Below, piece by piece: positions 1 through 13,742 of a stretch of 46,520 bases of DNA. The position numbers and the translations under genes were made by a program. The notes below the pieces were generated by a model that saw nothing but the letters and a program-made list of their open reading frames with translations, made no database searches and was not told the origin of the DNA. Source of the stretch: Eremomyces bilateralis CBS 781.70 (Eukaryota); NCBI GenBank assembly GCA_010015585.1, contig ML975163.1. One strand, given 5' to 3'. Position 1 is the stretch's first letter; each line of letters begins with the position of its first letter.

Positions 1-13
1 GACCACCTATTCC

Positions 14-857
14 ATGCCCCAGCCATGGGATTACATCGCAAAGATAGTCTCCTTGGGAGACTCCGGGTGCGGGAAATCAAGCGTATGCCTCGATCGCACC
101 ACCTTGACTGCGAAACCCGCTGACCGCCATCTAGTTAACCATCCGACTATGTGAGGGCCGGTTCTCCCCCTACCACGACGTAACCATCGGCGTCGAATTC
201 GGCTCCCGCATCGTCCCCGTCGGACCGCCGGCGTCCCACGCCCTCCGAGTCAACGACCCTTCCACCACCAACACCGACGATGGCCCTCCGCTGGGACTTC
301 CCGAGCCAAAGCCAAAAGTGGAGAAACAAAAGCAGAAGCACATGAAGCTCAGCATATGGGACACCGCGGGCCAAGAGACCTACAAGTCGGTCACGCGGAG
401 CTACTTCCGGGCTGCCAGCGGCGCGCTGCTGGTCTTCGACATCACGCGACGCGAGACGTTCCTATCCGTTACATCGTGGCTGAACGACCTGCGGCAGATC
501 GCGGAAGACCATGTCGTCGTGGTGTTGGTGGGGAATAAGTCCGATCTGGCGGGCTCGAGCATGGGGACGGACGGCGAAAACCGGCGGCAAGTGCGCAAAG
601 AGGAGGCGGATCAGTGGTGCAAGGACAACAACGTGATGTGCTACGTTGAGACGAGCGCGAAGAGCGGCGAGGGCGTCGAAAGTGCATTCTTACAGGTTGC
701 AGAAAGGATATATCAGAACATTGAGGCGGGGATGTACGATCTGAACGATCGTCGGAGCGGAGTGAAGGGGCCGAAGCTGGGGAATAATGCGAGGACGGTG
801 AATCTAGGGTTGAATGATCGCGATGGAGGGAAGGGGGCCGGAAATGGCTGTTGTTGA
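14..857 (+). CDS. Rab-family small GTPase, Rab2-like (exons 14-82, 135-857; about 263 aa)
   Basis: P-loop GDSGCGKSS, effector loop HDVTIGVEFG, WDTAGQE, GNKSD, ETSAK and a C-terminal CC prenylation motif. The intron gtatgc...tag at 83-134 joins the exons in frame. Confidence 0.93.
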
Positions 858-1779
858 GTTGTCGACGGCATCTCCTGGGAACATCCATATCATTGGGGTC
901 CCCAACATTCTTGTCTGTTCTTATTCGAAACTTATGTGTCCGATGAGCATGGCGTTACGGATCGTCACTCGAAGTATACGCAGTCGGCCTTTCATGGGCC
1001 TAACCGCTTGTTACGTGGATTACCTATATTATACTTGTGGCACGGCTTAAGTGTCCTTGGAAAGCTTGGGCCAACGATAATTGTTTTTCGTTTGAAGTCC
1101 TTTTTAATCTTCCATGTCGGGCTAATCTAGAGTTCTTGTCCGGTTATTGTCAAGATTGCAAGAATGCTTCCTGTGAGCACACATGACCACATATATTTGA
1201 TACCAACTGCCGGAATGAGGGACGGAACGAAAAATGAATATCAAATCAGTCGCTGTAAAGAGCTTGGCACTTAGGAAGTTTGGACTATCGAATTGCGCGG
1301 CCTGACAAGTCACAAGAGTGACAACGGATCTGCGACGTTTCCCACGCCGATCAATCTCCTTCTCCGATCCCACCGCCAAGCCTCGCCGATATGGTCCTCT
1401 ACTTCGATGGGTTGGTGGAAATCTGGACCAATTTTCCAAGACTTCGTCCGCTGGAGATTGATCATTTGCTTTCTTGGGTAATCTCTTGCGACTACTTATG
1501 ATGACACGCCAAGGCGTCGCTAGACGGCATCCCACGATGATCAGAAAGTAGCTCCGGCCAAGACCATGCCGTGAAATGCTTTACGCGGCTTGGGGGGCAG
1601 TGATGGATAGGGAGGGCTGATCAGCGAGGGAGCAGTGATTTGTTAGATATGAGTTCCAGAGGAATATATACCCGACGGCCTATCGAAGGTTTCCTCCTCC
1701 CGCATCGCTTCGCGCTTTATGAACTCTGTCCCGTTCATCTCGTGTCTAGCGTATCATACCATCGGAATATCTCAACATA

Positions 1780-3167
1780 ATGCCCCGATTGGCGCCCCGA
1801 CCGAGCCGAAGCAGCGAGAATCTGAACCCCGATCTCTCCGTATTGCGCAAGTGGCATAAACTCGGAGATCATATGTCTAAAGATGAAAGAGAGTGGAACG
1901 ATCCCGTCATCCCATCCAGACCGAGCTCCGGACCGTACGTACCCCCTCTCCAACACCCCCATCCCCTCACAACATCTAACCTCTCCACAGCGGTCAAACC
2001 CCTACCACCTGCCGCCACAGCCTCTGGCAGCTCCTCGACGTCAATGGCTCCCCTAATTTCCGCTGCCGAGTCTGCAGCATCGACGCCAACCAGAGTCGCC
2101 AACCTCCTGAGACCTGCCGCCACAGCCTCTGGCAGCTGGTCCGGGTCGACGGCGCGGCCCATTTCTACTGCAAAGCCTGCGGTATTGACGCCGACCAGCT
2201 GACGACCGCTTCCGCGCGCCCCGCGCAACGGCGTCCGAAACAAGCGGCTGGGGGACGGGATGTGGTGGCGCTGGAGGATGGTGACGAACTGCGGGGTCTG
2301 GCCGTTATAGACTCTCCATTATCTTCGGGAGAAACGCCTGGGTCCTTCGTCGAGCCGAATAGCTCGCCAAGTGCCGTTCCTTGGAAGGCGACCGACACGG
2401 AGCATGACCACCATCACCCAGCGGAACCCCGCAGCGTCAACTCCGCTGCTCCCACTCGTCCACCTCCACCACCCCCTTTCACCATCAACACCGACTCCGT
2501 TCTCACCACCTCGAGCGTTGCCATCCAACCCGATCCATCCACCCTTCCCCCACCACGCATCCCCCGTCCCCCCATCCCCGACACCCCAGCCACGTCCTCC
2601 AAACGCGTCTCCCTCCGCCTCGACCCCGCCGCCGTAGTGCTGCCCTCCGAACCAGTCGTCCCACCCGCGCACCCCACGCCCAAACGCCTCAGCATCCACC
2701 GAGCCCCCCGATGGTTCGAAACCGTCCCAGCCCTCAGCGTCCGCGTCAAGCTCAGCCCAAAAGGGAAGCCCACCCCCGGCGGCGGAAATACGACGCCACC
2801 CCGCTCCACCCCAACCCGCGCCACCCAACACACATCCCGTCCCGCCCGAAGTCCGAAGACGCACCTCGCGCTCTCCGGAGCTAACGACGCACGCGTTCTG
2901 CAGCGGATGCTGGCGTGTGCGATATTCTTGCTGCCAGAGGGACATGCGCCGGAGATGGGGAGGGAGAAGCGGTTTGGGGTGGTGGAAGGGGAGAGGAGGG
3001 AGGGGGAGGAGCAGTGGGCGGTGGATGTGGGCGGTGAAGGGGTGGGGAGGAGAGGAGGGCGGGGGGTGGTGCCGGATGAGCGGGGGAGGGCGGTACCGGT
3101 GGGGGGAGCGGGTCGGGGTGCGGAGAGTATAAAGTATAGGGTGGTGATTGCCGAGCGGAATGCTTGA
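1780..3167 (+). CDS. Hypothetical protein with two tandem CxH-x15-CxxC repeats and a Pro-rich linker (exons 1780-1934, 1991-3167; about 443 aa)
   Basis: The intron gtacgt...ctaac...cag at 1935-1990 joins the 1780 ORF to the frame of the 2262-3167 ORF, which is open from 1992. The start could be 1873 instead. A further intron near 2851-2903 is possible. Confidence 0.65.
2007..2137 (+). repeat. Intragenic direct repeat with 105-nt period; 26 nt identical at 2007-2032 and 2112-2137
   Basis: acctgccgccacagcctctggcagct occurs twice, and the peptide similarity continues across the 35-aa unit. Confidence 0.9.
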
Positions 3168-3737
3168 GGTGATGGCTTCGGACGGAGAGCTTATAGTAGT
3201 ATACTTATGGGAAAATGGCGTCGGTAGTGGGTTCGGATCGCGGCGTCTATCCAGTTATCAAATACTCGGTGCATGACACCATTTCCTTGCGACGACACAA
3301 TTCAGAACAAGAAATCGCATATAAGAGCCTATGGTTCAGGCAGTTTGCAATTCTAAGCTACATCCGCTACCACCTGCCGTGAACACTATAACTTCGGCTT
3401 TTTGAAATACTCTTATCGCCACCAGCTCCGCCGATTTCCTGGGATGTCGTGATACTCGGGTGAAAACAAGAAAAGGGGGGCAAGGCTCCAAACACAAATC
3501 GGGATCGAACAATCGCGGCTCCGTTCCGTCCATCTTTTGTCCAGTGTGGTCGCGTATCATGTGAACTCGTTATTCGGAAACTTGCTTGTCGTAGTCGTCG
3601 AATTAAAGTGGGAAGGTGAACGGAAACGGAGCCCATGACTATGCTAGCACTTTCGGACGCGCCTGAGGAGTCGATACACACACTACTGGGTTGTCAGCTC
3701 ACGGTCCTTAAATGACTCCGGCCCCTCAATGTTTACC

Positions 3738-5321
<1,584 letters not shown>

Positions 5322-6958
5322 GGCTGCGGTGTTGGAGTTTTAAACTACAGGGAGATTGCGGCGGGGATGTTGCGAGTAGTCCAAGACGAAATGGGAGATG
5401 GGAAGGATGAGAGAATAGACAACAAGAAGATGTGCCTTGAGAGATAGAATCGAGAGGTGAAGAAGGGGAGAGGCAATTGTGGAGAGTTGGGTGTCAGTAG
5501 GAGAAGCGGGCGCTGGCAAGGAGCGATTGCGATCTAAATAAGAGGAAGTGAGAAACCGTCGATGTCCGTCAAAATTGGCGGTGGGTGGTCCGAGCTCAGC
5601 TGGGGGGTGGAAAGCCGATGCCTGGAAAGGTGGAAGGGGGAAAGAACAGCCAGAGGAACGAGGGTGGTTGGCGAATGATGAGGAAGATGTGTCTGCCACC
5701 TGTCTGCCAACTATCTGCCACAAGTAGGAGGCACGTACCCGCCGCTCTTTCCAGAATCCATCCATTGTAGGCGCCTTCGTCAGAGTCCGTGAGCGCCCTG
5801 CAAATCAACCGAACCAGATCGATCGGGGGGTGACATGGTATGTGAATACTGAATACATAGAATCATCAATCATCAATATTCATCACCGCCTTTCTCACTC
5901 TCACTGTCTTACTACTACGTATCATCCCCCAAGTACGTCCGTATTAGAGTATATAATAATAGCTAACCCAACAGCATGAATGCTGCGCATCTCCGTCAGA
6001 AGCCGGCTGTGCTCGAGCGATCCACGTCTCCATGCTGATGGCGTGCAGCCTCGCCAGCCAACGCGGCTCTTTCAGTCTCATCCCAACTCCCCATCTCCAC
6101 TTGCCATCGACTATAATTCCGCCTTGAACATTTACAGTTATCTGGATGGGACAAGAATGCAGCTGCCTATCGGTACGCGCGTTCCATTGCCACACGAACA
6201 CTTCAATTCCACTGTAGGTACCAAGTCAGAGCAGCAATCGGAAGCTTGGCCATCCATGAGAACAACATGAACAACCTATGAGTACGTGGAGGGCCTATGG
6301 GGCATTGTATATTCGTATTGCCATATCATACCACGATGGAATGCTTCCATCAGGAACTCACTTGTCGCATCGAGCACCATCATGGACTCGTGGTCCTCGA
6401 TCGGTCCATCCTCCCTCTTCACGCCTTAATCATACTGCCCACGTCACCCGGAAAGGAAGGAGGGGTAGCTCTTAGCGGGACGCCCAGCCCTCCCCGCGCT
6501 CCGTGTCTTGTTCTCCTTTCCCCGCTCCGCTCCCGGCCCTGCACGTGAACTGCCGTGCTGCACCTCAACCACCCTCGGAGGAGTGGAAGTAATTAACTCA
6601 TGTATCATGCCGTGGACGAGGTCTGATATCGATGTCGTCCAAGGCAATGTAATTTGTATGTGGACCGCCAACTTCTGTGACTCCCATCTACCTCGCGACA
6701 ATATGATGCTATGATAAGCCCATCGAAGCAGAGAGAACTGAACCGAATGACCTAGCAAACTCCGCCAGCAAAAGCTCAAATGGCAGACTGACATCGTCGA
6801 GCCAACTCAAAATTCAACAATCCGCATACAGATATCAGCCATTAATCCTACCTTCTTATATAGCAACCCACACAGCATCCTCGACTCCTCCTCGACGCCC
6901 ATATTCTCTATCGCCTCATCCATCATTTCCCGACAAATCCTCCTCCATCCCTCCCATC

Positions 6959-7650
6959 ATGAACGCCGCCGGCGGATCCTCAATGAACGAGCTCCTCCAA
7001 TGGAGCATACAAAACTCCGACGCCGGCCGTGACCCCAGCCAATCGCAGCACGCCACCCGCGGCCTCTCCGCCGACGCCCTGGCCCAACTGTTCGGCGGCC
7101 CGTCGGACGCCGACCGCATGCGTGACGCCATGGTGGCCGTCGTGTCGCCTGACGTCGACCTGGAGAACAAGCTGATCGCGTTCGACAACTTCGAGCAGCT
7201 AGTGGAGAACATCGATAATGCGAATAACATCGAGCCGCTGGGGCTGTGGGGGCCGTTGATTAAGCAGTTGGAGAATGAGGAGAAGGAGTTGAGAAGAATG
7301 GCGGCATGGTGTGCGGGGACGGCGGTGCAGAATAATCCGAAGGCGCAGGAGAGGGTAAGTCGTTCGTTTGTGTCCTCGAAGAATTCCGTGCTGATGTCTT
7401 GAAGTTATTAGCCGCGGGCGGCGTCCCGATTCTCGTGAACCTCGTCGTCAATGATGCCGACCAAGGCGTTCGAAAGAAGGCGATTTTGGCCCTCAGCTCG
7501 GTGATCCGAAACTACCAGCCCGGGTTGGACATCGCGCTGGAACATCTACCGGACGAGTACAAGTCGGAGGAAAAGATCGATGCGGGTGATATGGAGGCGG
7601 TGGACTCGATAATTCAGAAGCTGCGGGACGCCTCTAGTCAAAAAGGATGA
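6959..7650 (+). CDS. FES1: Hsp70 nucleotide exchange factor Fes1 (exons 6959-7354, 7405-7650; about 213 aa)
   Basis: [47 protein letters not shown] and [14 protein letters not shown] motifs. The intron at 7355-7404 needs an AAG acceptor to stay in frame. Confidence 0.93.
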
Positions 7651-7995
7651 GGCTTGGGGCACGGGATAATGGTTTTGTATAGTATCGTTTGGGACGGATG
7701 GTATCATGGTATATGTCTACGTATAGACTGGGCATAGGTGGCCCTTCGACCAGCAAATAGATGGCGGCGTCGGCGCATCCGCTATTGGAGTTGGCTTCAC
7801 TTCGTCTCATCAGCTACCTTTCGTGTATCCCAGTCCAATGTGTCGACTCCCCTGGTCTCTTGGGCGAACTCTCCTTTAGAGTGGATCACCTTGCGATTCA
7901 GCGTGTTGCAGCCATCGCACTGCCAAAATCATCCGGTCCATGCCTTCGCAGCTATAATCTCTGTACCGAACATATCCCCCCAATCCAGCCCCCTC

Positions 7996-8507
7996 TCACA
8001 AAACCGCGCTCGCCACCCCCAACAAACCCAGCCACTCCCCCCGATCCATCTCCCCTTTCCGCAACCCCAACCCCACCACGACCAGCCGCTGCTCCTCATT
8101 CCGCTTCAACTGCACCATCGCCGCGATCTGCCGCGCCAGCAGCTGCGCCACCGTATCCCTCGTTGCGTCCGCGCCGCCGAGGATCGTCGTTGCCGTTAGG
8201 TGCGAGATGGGCGGAAGGAGGCTCTCCCCCGCGTCGGAGTTGACTTGGAGCGGGGCGGTGGAGGGGTCGGGGAGGGAGGAATTTAGGAGGACGTGGACCT
8301 GGTGAGATGGTTAGCTATGGGTGAAGATGATGAGGGATTGATATCGGGTACCCAGTGCGCGAGCCGGCCGTCCTGTGAGATCGTGATGAGGAGCTTGTCA
8401 GCGAATTCGATGCATGTGGCGGAGGTTTGGATGCCATCGATTTCCTCGGTGGATGATCGAGTCGCGGCGGGATAGGCCTCAAGCTTGAGATCGGAATGGC
8501 CTTCCAT
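7996..8507 (-). CDS. Proteasome assembly chaperone 3 (PAC3/PSMG3)-like protein (exons 8507-8352, 8298-7996; about 152 aa)
   Basis: IDGIQTSATCIEFADKLLITISQDGRLAHW|VHV...LTATTILGG...QLLARQIA...RLVVVGLGL fits the PAC3 pattern. The intron gtaccc...ctaac...cag lies at 8351-8299. Confidence 0.8.
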
Positions 8508-8844
8508 TTTCAGAAGCTTTGCAGAATGCTTGAGCAGCTCACATATTGTGAGACTCAATTCTATTTCGTTTGTTATGGCGATTTCATCTTCGATGCTGGT
8601 GTTGAGGTTCCCCATCCGTCTGTTTGATTGGCCAACATCCCTGTACGCCTCTACATCATTCGCAGATGCAACTGTAAACAGTTGCGCTTTAACTTTATTT
8701 CCTGGCAGATTGAACACCTCAAAATCGATTTTACACCGAAAGTGACGTGTCATACTACTCATTTGATCCAACCGCTGATTATTCGCCACACGCGATACAT
8801 CGAACCCCTCCAGCTTGCAGAAAGCGCCCCTCCTCAGCGCCATC

Positions 8845-9774
8845 ATGCTGTCCTTGCCCCTCGTCATCCCACGAGATGTATGTACCCTAGCCTTCAACTT
8901 CCTCTTAGGTATACTAATAGTACATTAGGACCATGTCCACTGGTACACTCCTCGTCACATCCAAACCACCGCCCCCACCGGCCCAACCACCACCAATCCC
9001 CCACCCACACAACTCTCCCAAACCGACCCTCACACCCGCCCCACCTCTCCCCGCCCCCTCGCCCCACGCAGCGCCCTCGCCCTCCTCGCCCAAGACGAGC
9101 ACACCATCGTCCAACGCAAGCTCAACATCCGCCGCTTCGGCGCCGGGTGGATCCGGCCGCCCGGCATCGCCAAGACGTACCAAGCAACCATGGACGAGGA
9201 AGCCGAACGGGCGGAGCAGGAGATGTTGGCACGGCGGGAGGAGCAGATGGCAGAGTTGGCGGCGGCGCAGGACGGGGAGGGGATGTTGGGGCGGGGGGAG
9301 ATGATGGAGGGGGTGGAAGGGGAGGAAGGGGGGGAGAATGTGGAGGGAGAGCGGGATTTGGACGACGAGGTTCCGGAGGCGGAGGAGGCTCTGTACGATG
9401 ATAGCGAGATGGGGGGGGAGGAGTACGATGAGGAGATAACAGAGGGGATGTTGGGCGCGGAGGAGGCGGAGTTGGTGGGGATCGCGCAGGAGGAGAGGGA
9501 TTTGGATGAGGATATTCCCGAGGCGGGGAGCTATCAGCATACGGATACGGAGGAGGAGAGTAGCGATGGGGAGGAGGATGTGAATGAGGGGAGGCTGTTG
9601 GGGATCGGGAATCGGATGAGCGTGGGGACGGCGGGGTTCGAGGAGGGGAGGAGCAGCTTGTTGAGTGTGAGTGACTTGCTGGACAGCAGTCCTGTGGCCG
9701 GAAGGAGTATGGGGACGAGACATTCGTTCATGAATAGGTTAAGGGGCCAAGGTAACCAGCGGAGTCCTCATTGA
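8845..9774 (+). CDS. APC15: Anaphase-promoting complex subunit Apc15/Mnd2-like protein (exons 8845-8877, 8929-9774; about 292 aa)
   Basis: DEHTIVQRKLNIRRFGAGWIRPPGIAKTYQ motif followed by an acidic tail with repeated RDLDxxxPEA. The intron gtatgt...ctaat...tag lies at 8878-8928. Confidence 0.8.
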
Positions 9775-10061
9775 TCAACAGCATCAAACCACCGAAAGCA
9801 TTATTATCACGCTTCTAGACCATCCTCTAGGCATATGGAGGGGAACACGCTATTCTGGCGTCTTTACACCTTGCGCTATTAATATAGTTACCAAAAGCCG
9901 ACAAGAAAGGGAGCCCAAGCTTCTCCCCGCCAGGATGCTCCTGGATCTTGTTCTTAAACGCCATCTCAAATGCGCCATTCACGCCGGGCTCTAAATGCAT
10001 GAGGCCGGATATGCACAGGTTGACTTCCCAGCGCCTTCTATACCACCACCGTACGGCTGGC

Positions 10062-10700
10062 TCAAAAGAGCCACACGTACCAAAATAGAAATATCACCGC
10101 CGCGAAGAAGCCAACCCATACCTTCCACCCGACCCCCGTCTTCTCAGCCATCCTCAGCATCCGATTCATCGTGCCGCGTAACCGGTTTCTTGTGCCTTCG
10201 AACGAGTCGTTCATCTTCTCCGCCAGCGCGGACGAGTCCCGGATCTCCTTACCCATCGCCAATGTGATCTACGCTGGTTGGTTAGTGGACCAATCCAAGT
10301 GTTTCTGCCGGTTGAGAAACCCACATCCTTGAGTACTTTGACCTTCCCGATCATCCCCTCGACCTGATCATCGTTCTGACTCTCCAATTCCGAGAGCACG
10401 GCGTCGCTGTATCGGCCTCTCGAGTCAGGGGTAGCGGTCCGGAACGCGGCATCGGGCGGCGGTGCTCCGCCTCCGGGATATGCGGAAAATGCGCCCGAGG
10501 GTCCAGACGATTGATAGCCGTAGCCGCCGTTTGGTTTGTGGCCTTTTGAGGGTGATTGTGAGTGTGGGCGGGAATCGTAGCCGGAGAAGAGTTGGGATCG
10601 CGCATCACGTTGGTGGAGGGTGGAGTTGAATCTGGCGGTTGATTAGCGGGTCGGAGTCGGAGGAATAGGGTACAACGGTGGGAACTTGCCTTGACGCCAT
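10062..10700 (-). CDS. BET1: ER-Golgi Qc-SNARE Bet1 (exons 10700-10690, 10631-10325, 10268-10062; about 174 aa)
   Basis: SNARE motif ELESQNDDQVEGMIGKVKVLKDITLAMGKEIRDSS and a C-terminal TM anchor. The first intron is GC-AG. Confidence 0.92.
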
Positions 10701-11039
10701 GGTTCCGACTATGTAAACAGTATATCATGTTCGACTTGAAAGAGGGTGAAATTTTGGAGGTTGAATAGCCGTTCTGGGTTTCTCAAATGCTCAATAGAGT
10801 AAAGGGATGTCTGACGGACGATTGAGGCCAGATATGCCGATCGGGTCGCGTTGCGTCATTGGCCCGAACTTCCACGCGCTTGAAGCCCAAAGCCATGATG
10901 ATCACTGATGAGTGGTGAATCAACCTGGATTGTTATCGCCAACATTGCCCTTAAGATATATTAGCTAGGACTTCGTTTAGTTATCTCCTCCCCCATGGTG
11001 CGACAATGTCAATAGCGCGATAGATCTCATATTCTGGTG

Positions 11040-13742
11040 ATGGCTCTACGATTGTTGTCGCAGCCGGCGACACGAGGGTTTTCGTCCGCATACCGTGCTT
11101 CGCTGCGAACAAGGTATGACTACTAGTATCTAGACCTAGAGTCTGTCTTATGAACAATTAAGGCTCTTGGTGTATTTATCAAACCATTTTCTAATCATCC
11201 AGTACAGAAACACGCCGCCGTGGTCCATACCTCGACATATCCGATGTGCCACTGTACAGGCTGGAGTAAGGAAATCCGGACATATAACCCCCGATGCAAA
11301 TGAAACCCTGATATTCTTTGACAGTAAGAAAGAAATTATCTCCTGAGTAGACCCTCCGCTCAGATTATCCCAGATGTCTATCCACTCCGGTTTCGGTGGT
11401 TGTTGCGATTTCCGTGGCAATCAGACAGAAATCTCCCAAAGTCAGTTGCAAGAGTCGCAGCTCCTGGGGTCCTATCGTATGATCCATCTCGTCTTATTGA
11501 GAAATCCAAACTTAAGGAGCAAGGCGTGGAGGTGAAGGAGATCATTCCTCGATTGAATGAGGGGGCTGCATTCGTCAAAATTGCCTATGGGCCGGAGCAA
11601 ACTGCGACTGAAATCGAAGATGTCCTTGGGAAATATCTTAAGGAACATACTTCCAGCCCTTGGTGGAACCCACTTCGAAGAATGCGAGCCGACATTGTGA
11701 GAGGGAAACCTTGGGTTGAAGACCTGTTCCGTTTCCCAAGTTCTCGAATCGAAGTCGAATTTCTACCAGCAGAATCAGGAGGATCCGCAACCGAGATGTC
11801 GCAGGAGCAGCTATATGCTCTTTTTCGGCATTATGGAAAGTTGACAGACATTATGTCGCAGCCGACAGATTCCAAAATTGTTCCTAGGTATGCACTACTT
11901 GATTTCACCTCCATACGGCGTGCAATATCCGCGAAAAACTGCATGCATGGATATACCGTGTCTGAAGCTGAAGGCGGAGGTAAGGGGGGGACGAGTCTTC
12001 GTCTGAGCTATCAAGAGAAGGATAAGGGACATTGGACCCGGGACTGGCTATTCAGCCATCCTCGGATAGTCATTCCTCTCCTGGTTGCCATTGCCACGGG
12101 AATCACAGTCGTTATCTTCGATCCCATTCGAACGTTTTTCATTCGCGCACATGTCACAAGGAAGTTCCATATCGAGGATAATTCCATCTTCACGTGGTTC
12201 AAGGCGCAAGCGATAGATATCCTCTCCTTCCAAAGACGGCGGGAGTCGGATTCGGGCATGGAAGCCATTTGGGACGACCGAAGACCGCACATCGAGCAAA
12301 TCCAGACGTGGCTCATGGAAACCGCCGATACCTTCATCATTGTACAAGGTCCGAGGGGCTCAGGGAAGCGAGAACTTATCATCGATCAAGCACTGAGGGA
12401 TCGGAAGAACAAGCTCGTCATCGATTGCAAGCCTATCCAAGAAGCTCATGGTGACAGTGCCACCATCCGCGCTGCTGCAGAGCAAGTCAGGTATCGTCCG
12501 ATTTTCTCGTGGATGAATAGTATCAGTGGCATGGTCGATCTCGCGGCACAAGGCGCAGCCGGCGTTAAAACCGGATTTTCGGAGACTCTCGACACCCAGC
12601 TTAGCAAGATCTGGAACAACACCGCTATTGCGCTCAAGCAGATAGCGCTTGAAGGGCGGAAGAAAGATGACAAAGACGCGAACCTTTCGGATGATGAGTA
12701 TCTAGATGCACACCCTGAGAAACGCCCGGTTGTTATCATCGACAACTTCCTACATCGGAGCAACGAGAACAACACTGTCTACGACAAGATGGCTGAGTGG
12801 TAAGGTATCCCATACTGTTGGGAGATCCTTTTGCTAATTATATGCAGGGCTGCCGGTCTCACAGCGGCAAACATCGCCCACGTCATCTTCCTTACCAACA
12901 ACGTCTCTTTCTCCAAATCCCTAAGCAAGGCTCTACCCGACCGAGTATTCCGACAAATATCTCTCAGCGACTGTTCCCCCGAAGTTGCCAAGCGATTCGT
13001 CATCAATCAGTTGAAGATGTCTGACTCGGATGAGGTCGCGTCTTCCGAAGGTGTCGAGAAGAAACCCTCTCCTGAATCGATGAAACCCCGTGATCTTTCG
13101 GAGCTAGACTCCTGCATCGACTCTCTCGGAGGTCGATTGACCGATCTGGAGTTCCTCGCCCGCCGCATCCAGGGCGGTGAAACTCCGCGGAACGCCGTTC
13201 GCGAAATCATCAACCAGAGCGCATCCGAGATCTTGAAGATGTACATTTTCGGGATGGAAGATTCCACACGGCGTTGGACCCCCGAGCAAGCGTGGACGCT
13301 CATCGCAAAGTTAGCGCAACAACCTGATATCCGATACAACGAGCTGTTACTTGACACCAAATTCTCGAGCGACGGAGAGAGCGTCATCCACGCGCTTGAG
13401 CACGCGGAGCTCATTACCGTTGTCTCCGCAAATGGGCGACCGTATGCCATCCGACCCGGAAAGCCCGTGTATCAGCCTGCCTTCAAGCGATTGACCGACG
13501 ACAAGGTATTGAAGAGCCGGCTTGACTTGGCGATCTTAGCGGACTCGATCAAGACCGAGACGGCCAACATCGAAAAATACGAGAAGGAGTTGACGGTATT
13601 AGGAGAGCTTCCCAAGCAGCCATCGGAAGTGGGCCCGAGAGTGAATTGGTTGTTGAAGAAGTTGAAAGCGAGTCAAGTCAAGATTGAGGCAATGGATGCA
13701 GAGAGCACCAAGTTGAAGAGAGTCCTCCAGGAGGAGTATTGA
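11040..13742 (+). CDS. YME2: Mitochondrial escape protein 2, Yme2/Rna12 (exons 11040-11113, 11208-11323, 11374-12799, 12848-13742; about 836 aa)
   Basis: Arg/Ser/Leu-rich presequence, RRM-like region (LYALFRHYGKL...SAKNCMHG), TM segment HPRIVIPLLVAI, P-loop-like GPRGSGKRE and GGRLTDLEFLARRI. Confidence 0.93.

Noticed and set aside
1991..2202. Ala/Ser/Thr-rich C-terminal half of the 140-aa ORF 1780-2202
   Set aside because: It reads through a clear intron. The alternative frame with conserved Cys/His repeats joins the downstream ORF and is more credible.
8508..8897. N-terminal extension of the 204-aa minus-strand ORF
   Set aside because: It overlaps the APC15 first exon and the shared promoter. 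PAC3 similarity begins only at Met 8507.
10894..10935. ATGATGA...CTGA resembling snoRNA C/D boxes
   Set aside because: The boxes are only a few bases apart, with no terminal stem or guide region, and sit in a short divergent promoter.
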